A stretch of 64,000 nucleotides of DNA, from positions 64,001 through 128,000 of the IMG/VR virus record IMGVR_UViG_3300013121_000029, one strand, 5' to 3'. Positions 59,185 through 64,000 of the stretch are shown here, piece by piece. Origin of the DNA: a virus (Duplodnaviria > Caudoviricetes). Below the pieces are notes generated by a model, which saw nothing but the letters and a program-made list of their open reading frames with translations, was not told where the DNA came from and did no database searches. Position 1 is the first letter of the stretch. Every line of letters begins with the position of its first letter. A program made the translations under genes and the position numbers.

Positions 59185-59715
59185 TTATTTTGAAACAAGT
59201 ATGTCAAATGGTTCACTTACCCCTTGACTAAATTCAGCAGCAGCTCGCAAGGCCATTTCGACACGTTCTTCAGGTGGCAAATGGATTGTTGAATAGAAAC
59301 TACCTAATGCAACTTCTTTGCCGTTGCCAATAGCATTAAAACCATGTACATTGCGTACTAATGATAAATCACATTGTAATTCATACAGTTTACCTTTATA
59401 TGCAATCAATGCGTTATCAGTAAACTTATCCTCATCTAAATTCATTCCTTTGTCAGATAATGTTTCGCGTATTTGTTCTACTATAACAGTAAACAAATAC
59501 TCTTCTTCGCTCATCTTTTTGGATTTCTTCGGAAACTCAACATTATATTGAATGATATCTGCATATCTAAACGAACCTGAGAACCCTATCAAAAAAGGTC
59601 CTTTTTTGAAAATCTTTGGCTTGGCAGTTTTGGTCTTCGTTACATCGTTAGAACTACAACGATCACCACCCATAAACACTCGACCATGATGTTCTAGTCC
59701 AACCACACATGTCAT
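59185..59715 (-). CDS. HslV/proteasome-beta-like Ntn protease
   Basis: N-terminal Thr (MTCVVG), GGD, KIF, GFSGS, AIGNG; promoter TTGATT-17-TATAAT at 59740-59768. Confidence 0.8.
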   Translation of the reverse strand: MTCVVGLEHHGRVFMGGDRCSSNDVTKTKTAKPKIFKKGPFLIGFSGSFRYADIIQYNVEFPKKSKKMSEEEYLFTVIVEQIRETLSDKGMNLDEDKFTDNALIAYKGKLYELQCDLSLVRNVHGFNAIGNGKEVALGSFYSTIHLPPEERVEMALRAAAEFSQGVSEPFDILVSK

Positions 59716-59778
59716 AACATTAACTCCAAGATCTGTAACATTATAAAGTATATATTGTTAGGAATCAACTCACACAAT

Positions 59779-60150
59779 TTATAAAAGTTTTGCAAACGCA
59801 AGGGCAAGTTGCCATCCTTCGGCAGTAGGAACAAATCTCGCAAACGGAGACTTGGCCTTTGTTTTATGTTCATTGTGAAAATGAGGGTCTAACAAACCTT
59901 TATTAGTTTGCATCAATTCGAGAAAGGTTGTTTTTTTGTACACTAAAATCTTACGACCTTCGAAGTTTGTGCAATCTGGATATTCTAGTTCTAGTACCAA
60001 ATTACCGTTTACGCACACAGAGTGCAAAATCTTGTAATTATCTGCTTTTGGATTTATATCTTTAATAGGTTGTGATGTATCAAAAGTACTACAACTCTTC
60101 CTTCCAGAAAAAGGTCCTGCGCCCATAGTTAATCTCCGTGTATAATGCAA
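59779..60150 (-). CDS. hypothetical phage protein
   Basis: YPDCTNFEGRKILV...LDPHF...ARFVPT. Confidence 0.6.
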   Translation of the reverse strand: MHYTRRLTMGAGPFSGRKSCSTFDTSQPIKDINPKADNYKILHSVCVNGNLVLELEYPDCTNFEGRKILVYKKTTFLELMQTNKGLLDPHFHNEHKTKAKSPFARFVPTAEGWQLALAFAKLL

Positions 60151-60530
60151 TTGTGATTTATAATTTGATATGGTGTGCCTCGACGTTCCATATTATCCAA
60201 CATAGGACAAGTACAATTTGGTACTTTATACCAATTATGAAAAGTAGCATCTTCATCAAAGTGCCACAAGCGTTGTTGAATAAACTCAATTTCGGTGCAT
60301 TTTGATGCTAATGCACGTAAAGTGGTCTTATCATCTGTTCGAGCCATGTCAGAGTAAATCTCGTACAGCAAAGCATGAGATTCTTTGAGTAATGCTAATT
60401 CGTCGTCACTTATATTTTGTTGTTTAACTAACTCTGGATTCACCACAGTAACGGGTTCACCAGATGAAGTTCTTACGATATACTTTTCTTCGAAATTTGC
60501 AAATGTAATAAAATTCTTTACTTTTTTCAT
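60129..60530 (-). CDS. hypothetical phage protein
   Basis: CTCPMLDN...CIIHG. Confidence 0.6.
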   Translation of the reverse strand: MKKVKNFITFANFEEKYIVRTSSGEPVTVVNPELVKQQNISDDELALLKESHALLYEIYSDMARTDDKTTLRALASKCTEIEFIQQRLWHFDEDATFHNWYKVPNCTCPMLDNMERRGTPYQIINHNCIIHGD

Positions 60531-60531
60531 A

Positions 60532-60906
60532 TTATGCCTTTATAAACATCCTGCCTGTAAAACCAACAGACTTATAACCAAAATCATTAATCAAACATGC
60601 TTTAATATTTTCAACCCCGACAGGATTGCTTGATATAATCCTTACTGTTGGGGGAATTTCAATTCCTTCGACCAACGCATGTAATAATACTTGACATCCG
60701 TTCATTGCTTCCTCTTCTGATGCAATTGCGATACCTTCTTTAGTAATTTCTTTAATTTTCATTCCAAGATCATGGTCCAGATGTAGTTCATCATAACCAC
60801 CTTTACGAAGTTCGTTAAGTCCTTCTTCACCAGTACGGGCATAAGTAATTTTTGCGGTGAAGATATCCAATGTACGAATATCATCAATTACTAAAATTTT
60901 TTTCAC
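60532..60906 (-). CDS. cyclic-phosphate-processing receiver-like domain protein
   Basis: IDDIR, LDHDLG, NG, SSNPVG. Confidence 0.7.
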   Translation of the reverse strand: MKKILVIDDIRTLDIFTAKITYARTGEEGLNELRKGGYDELHLDHDLGMKIKEITKEGIAIASEEEAMNGCQVLLHALVEGIEIPPTVRIISSNPVGVENIKACLINDFGYKSVGFTGRMFIKA

Positions 60907-61226
60907 ACAATTCTCCCTAACATCTTATCAAATAGTACTACTAATTGTTGATCTGTTACTTGTTTTGTGCTACGATATGTTTCGAACATTTCTCTAATTA
61001 ATAACTTAAAATCATCATCTCCCGAAGGCCCTAACACTCGTCTTGCCTCTTCTTCCTCTAATACAGTATATCCTTCTTCTTCCAAGAAATCAATCATATC
61101 ATCAACATATACATCAACATCGACCGTCGTGTCAACAGTGTATTGCATAATTCCTCTGCGCTTGCGCATATTATTTACCTCTTTTATTTTTCTTAGTTGG
61201 TTCTTTTTTAAATGACATGTTATCAA
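60903..61226 (-). CDS. hypothetical protein
   Basis: acidic ORF; start uncertain. Confidence 0.5.
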   Translation of the reverse strand: MITCHLKKNQLRKIKEVNNMRKRRGIMQYTVDTTVDVDVYVDDMIDFLEEEGYTVLEEEEARRVLGPSGDDDFKLLIREMFETYRSTKQVTDQQLVVLFDKMLGRIV

Positions 61227-61992
61227 ACCCTTTCTTGATAAGTTCTTCTTTATCAGTAAGAACTACCATCATATTAGGGTCTCTTGGTGTATTTCCTACA
61301 AACATGGAAATTTCTTGAAACGCAGTATAAGGGTCTACAATTTTGACAAATTGAAGATTCTTAAGAAGGGGATGAAACTCAACTGTTCCAGTAAGATAAC
61401 TGGAATATTCCTTTTCATTTGATGACATAAGAAAATATGCAATTTTGTGATTGTACATATATTCTGCTACTTCATCATTAAATTCACCATTAATGGAAAC
61501 ATAGTTAGCAATCTTAGAAATGGTTTCTTGTTCAAATGTATTTCGCTTATTGTAATTGTAATCCTCAATTTCTTCCGTGTGCGTAGTAAGAAGAGCCTCA
61601 GCATGTTGTTTAGTATACACATAAACGTGGTGTGGAGCTTTAAACTCATGTTGTTTTTTATGAGAGTAGGTAAAGAAGACTTTAACACCACGATATACTT
61701 TTCCGCAAAAGAAAATAACAAAAGGGTCAAAATCAATATTATCGTAAGAGTTACAAGATTTACCCCCAATCATCCAATGACGATCGAGTTTAAAATTTGG
61801 TTTATATCTACCACCTTTGCGCCACGTCGAAGTTGTGGGAACGCAAAGGTAATTCTTATATATGTTGTAGAGATCTGCATTATCACCATCGAAATGATGA
61901 ATGGAGGAATTTCTGACAAAGATCAATTCTTTATCAATACCAAGACTCATAGCAGAGTCATAATAATCTTTGATTGCTCCAGTAATATGCAT
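61171..61992 (-). CDS. hypothetical phage protein
   Basis: KDYYD...FCGKVY...DPYTAFQEI...GFD; promoter TTGTTC-17-TATAAT at 62019-62047. Confidence 0.65.
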   Translation of the reverse strand: MHITGAIKDYYDSAMSLGIDKELIFVRNSSIHHFDGDNADLYNIYKNYLCVPTTSTWRKGGRYKPNFKLDRHWMIGGKSCNSYDNIDFDPFVIFFCGKVYRGVKVFFTYSHKKQHEFKAPHHVYVYTKQHAEALLTTHTEEIEDYNYNKRNTFEQETISKIANYVSINGEFNDEVAEYMYNHKIAYFLMSSNEKEYSSYLTGTVEFHPLLKNLQFVKIVDPYTAFQEISMFVGNTPRDPNMMVVLTDKEELIKKGFDNMSFKKEPTKKNKRGK

Positions 61993-62052
61993 AACGAGAT
62001 TTCTCTGATTTAAAATTCATTATACAATATAATCAATTATGGAACAATATTG

Positions 62053-62763
62053 TTACAGAGTTACAGCATATAATGGATCAATAATAACCAATTGATAGCC
62101 ATCAGCTGTTTTTCTCGCCATTAAATTTTGTGAATGGAGATCTGTAGGTGTTTGTGTCTTTTGTGATATGTATTGTATAATATTTCTTGCTTGCGAAATG
62201 TTTTTTGAATCTTTCCAGCTATCGAAAAAAGGATTTGGACCTTCAATAGCTGCTTCTGTCAAAGTTGTAATTAAATTAATAGCATTAAAATTTGGTTTTA
62301 ACTCTCTTGTCACTTGTTCAGTAAATAGGGTTTCAACTAATTGTTTACAAGAGGTCGATCCAAGAGACATTAATTCCGTTAAGTGTTCCATCTGAAAAGC
62401 ATAAAACATAAGTGGCTCTTTTGCATTATATTTTTGTTCTTGTGTTTTAGAGAAGAGATCTTGGAGATCTTCTTTAGATGGTGTAATAGATTGAATTTGT
62501 GAAATTTTCGGAAAGAATGGATTGTCTTTTCCGTACTTTTCAATCAATTTGATATACATTACATATGGATTTACTTTGTCTTTCTTTGCTGTTAAAATCT
62601 TGATAACATCTGGCGAATCTTGTTGTTTGAATACAATAGATTCATACCCAGTGCCCACAATAGTATATTGCTGACCAGAATCAAGTAATGTGCCAGATCG
62701 TTTAATGCCTGTCTTTGCTACTTGAAGGGCATCAGGTAGCGTGACGATTTCAGATAATAACAT
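62053..62763 (-). CDS. protein kinase-like protein, putative virion-internal
   Basis: GTGYESIVF, VIKI, MEHL, DLHSQNLM, IIDP; MLLSEI start, TAAATA at 62782-62787. Confidence 0.7.
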   Translation of the reverse strand: MLLSEIVTLPDALQVAKTGIKRSGTLLDSGQQYTIVGTGYESIVFKQQDSPDVIKILTAKKDKVNPYVMYIKLIEKYGKDNPFFPKISQIQSITPSKEDLQDLFSKTQEQKYNAKEPLMFYAFQMEHLTELMSLGSTSCKQLVETLFTEQVTRELKPNFNAINLITTLTEAAIEGPNPFFDSWKDSKNISQARNIIQYISQKTQTPTDLHSQNLMARKTADGYQLVIIDPLYAVTL

Positions 62764-62784
62764 AAAGTGCAACTTTTTATGTAT

Positions 62785-62997
62785 TTATTTTAAATAGTCC
62801 TTTGGATTCATTTTCTCTCTTATGCGATTGACCACTCGTTCACGAATGGCTATATCGCGTCTAATGGCTGCATCTTCTTCCTCACTTTTGACACGATAAT
62901 GGTTTCTCGGATCAAAATAGTCTTTATCTGCTTCGATGAAAGAGTCCATAGATTCTAACACTAGTGCTACTTCTTCGTCATTCAATTCAATTAACAT
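62785..62997 (-). CDS. hypothetical protein
   Basis: GAGG RBS. Confidence 0.5.
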   Translation of the reverse strand: MLIELNDEEVALVLESMDSFIEADKDYFDPRNHYRVKSEEEDAAIRRDIAIRERVVNRIREKMNPKDYLK

Positions 62998-62999
62998 AA

Positions 63000-63413
63000 T
63001 TATTTTTCCTCATAAAAATCTCTATATGGTTTGTGATCATGATATGTTCGATATTCAGGCTTATCTAAAACAAATTGTGCTATGTAATAGCCATCTGGAA
63101 ACCAACCATTAATTTCAAGCAGATGTTTTAAATTCTCATCGCATTTTTTTGCTGCAGCTTCATATGTGGAAAAAATACCTAATATATTTTCTCCATCATA
63201 ATTCCAATAACTTTTTGCTACATACAGTGCGTTTTCTATTTCGACGAACGGAATTGTTGCTTCATAATCAGGAGGAATATCTGGCACGACTTCGTGCTCG
63301 ATATTTTCCTTTCTTAATTCTTTACGAATTACGCCACGTTCTTTCTTCCAAAAGGAACGTTTGTTGATATTAAACCATGAATCAGGCCTGGTAACTAAAG
63401 TATTACGAAACAT
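63000..63413 (-). CDS. hypothetical protein
   Basis: TAATG coupling. Confidence 0.5.
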   Translation of the reverse strand: MFRNTLVTRPDSWFNINKRSFWKKERGVIRKELRKENIEHEVVPDIPPDYEATIPFVEIENALYVAKSYWNYDGENILGIFSTYEAAAKKCDENLKHLLEINGWFPDGYYIAQFVLDKPEYRTYHDHKPYRDFYEEK

Positions 63414-64000
63414 TATTTTCCTCTGCTGGCTTGTGCTGCTTCAAAAGCAGGAATAGTAATCATAACTAATTGCTCAATCTTTAAAAGATGATTTCGAATC
63501 ATATCCATCGTTTGTGTATATTGCAATCTCGACAATTCGTTTTGTTGTGATGCTTGAGTTAATAATACACGTCTATTATACATTATATCTTCGATGGAAT
63601 CATAATTACCTAAGGTTTTTGCAGATTCTTCCGTGATTTTCAACGCAGTTATAAAGCAGTTTAACCGTTCATTACTCTCAAGTAAATTCTTTTCAATGTG
63701 TTTTGTATCAATAACACCTTTGAGTTTTTTTTCTAAATCATTTAAACGATCTATCATACTCTTAATCGAAATGTTCTTAGATGAAAACAGTTCTTTAATA
63801 GTAGTTTTTCCGTCAACTGCTTTGTTCACCTCTTCCAATGTTTCTGTTACATTTAATGAAGCAGTGGTTCTAGTGAGTTGTGTAACCATTTTGGTTCCAT
63901 CCACAGAATCTTCGACAGCTGGAGCTCCCCACTTCATGATTTGATCAACATCAAGATCAACTAGTTGGCGTACTTGTCTGGTTAATTTGTCTTTTAAGTT
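63413..64000 (-). CDS. TelA-like coiled-coil protein, probably truncated at window edge
   Basis: frame open to 64000; IMKWG..A, ITIPAF. Confidence 0.4.
   Translation of the reverse strand, partial: NLKDKLTRQVRQLVDLDVDQIMKWGAPAVEDSVDGTKMVTQLTRTTASLNVTETLEEVNKAVDGKTTIKELFSSKNISIKSMIDRLNDLEKKLKGVIDTKHIEKNLLESNERLNCFITALKITEESAKTLGNYDSIEDIMYNRRVLLTQASQQNELSRLQYTQTMDMIRNHLLKIEQLVMITIPAFEAAQASRGK

Noticed and set aside
792-63944. Many short antisense or nested ORFs (e.g. 1664..1933, 19885..20232, 45939..46472, 55571..55855, 61447..62013)
   Set aside because: They shadow well-supported genes and lack an RBS or recognisable motifs.
1-64000. Genome-wide stop-codon reassignment (TAG or TGA)
   Set aside because: Long genes are intact under code 11, TGA stops form normal ATGA overlaps, and only one TAG-interrupted gene was found.

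Overview
AT-rich, gene-dense segment of a large lytic (jumbo-type) bacteriophage genome. Core replication and structural genes are absent; this is an accessory region. Main parts: (1) a 14-gene sugar-nucleotide and glycosyltransferase cluster (392-11235) transcribed divergently from TAAATA late-type motifs; (2) minus-strand early/middle genes behind at least 13 near-consensus sigma70 promoters: HD and metallo-phosphoesterases, MoxR-like AAA plus VWA pair, DUF932, HNH-RNA ligase, Pth2, peptide deformylase, deaminase, AAA-M41 protease, HslV-like protease, CoaB-aldolase fusion, macro domain and a NadE operon; (3) about 20 genes with an MK(L/I/V)x(E/D)(L/I) N-terminus, often behind TAAATA, including two tandem arrays totalling 13 paralogs; (4) a dispersed tRNA set with unusual members (CUA, UCA and AAG anticodons, tRNA/tmRNA-like RNAs). 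Most notable: a duplicated ~95-nt structured element with two segments complementary to the 23S rRNA H69-H71 region, flanking an ADP-ribosyltransferase-like gene; an amber-anticodon tRNA 1.9 kb upstream of a gene with an in-frame TAG; and an unusual NadE / nucleotidyltransferase-PRTase / 2OG-oxygenase operon. All protein calls are from motifs read by eye; no database searches were run.
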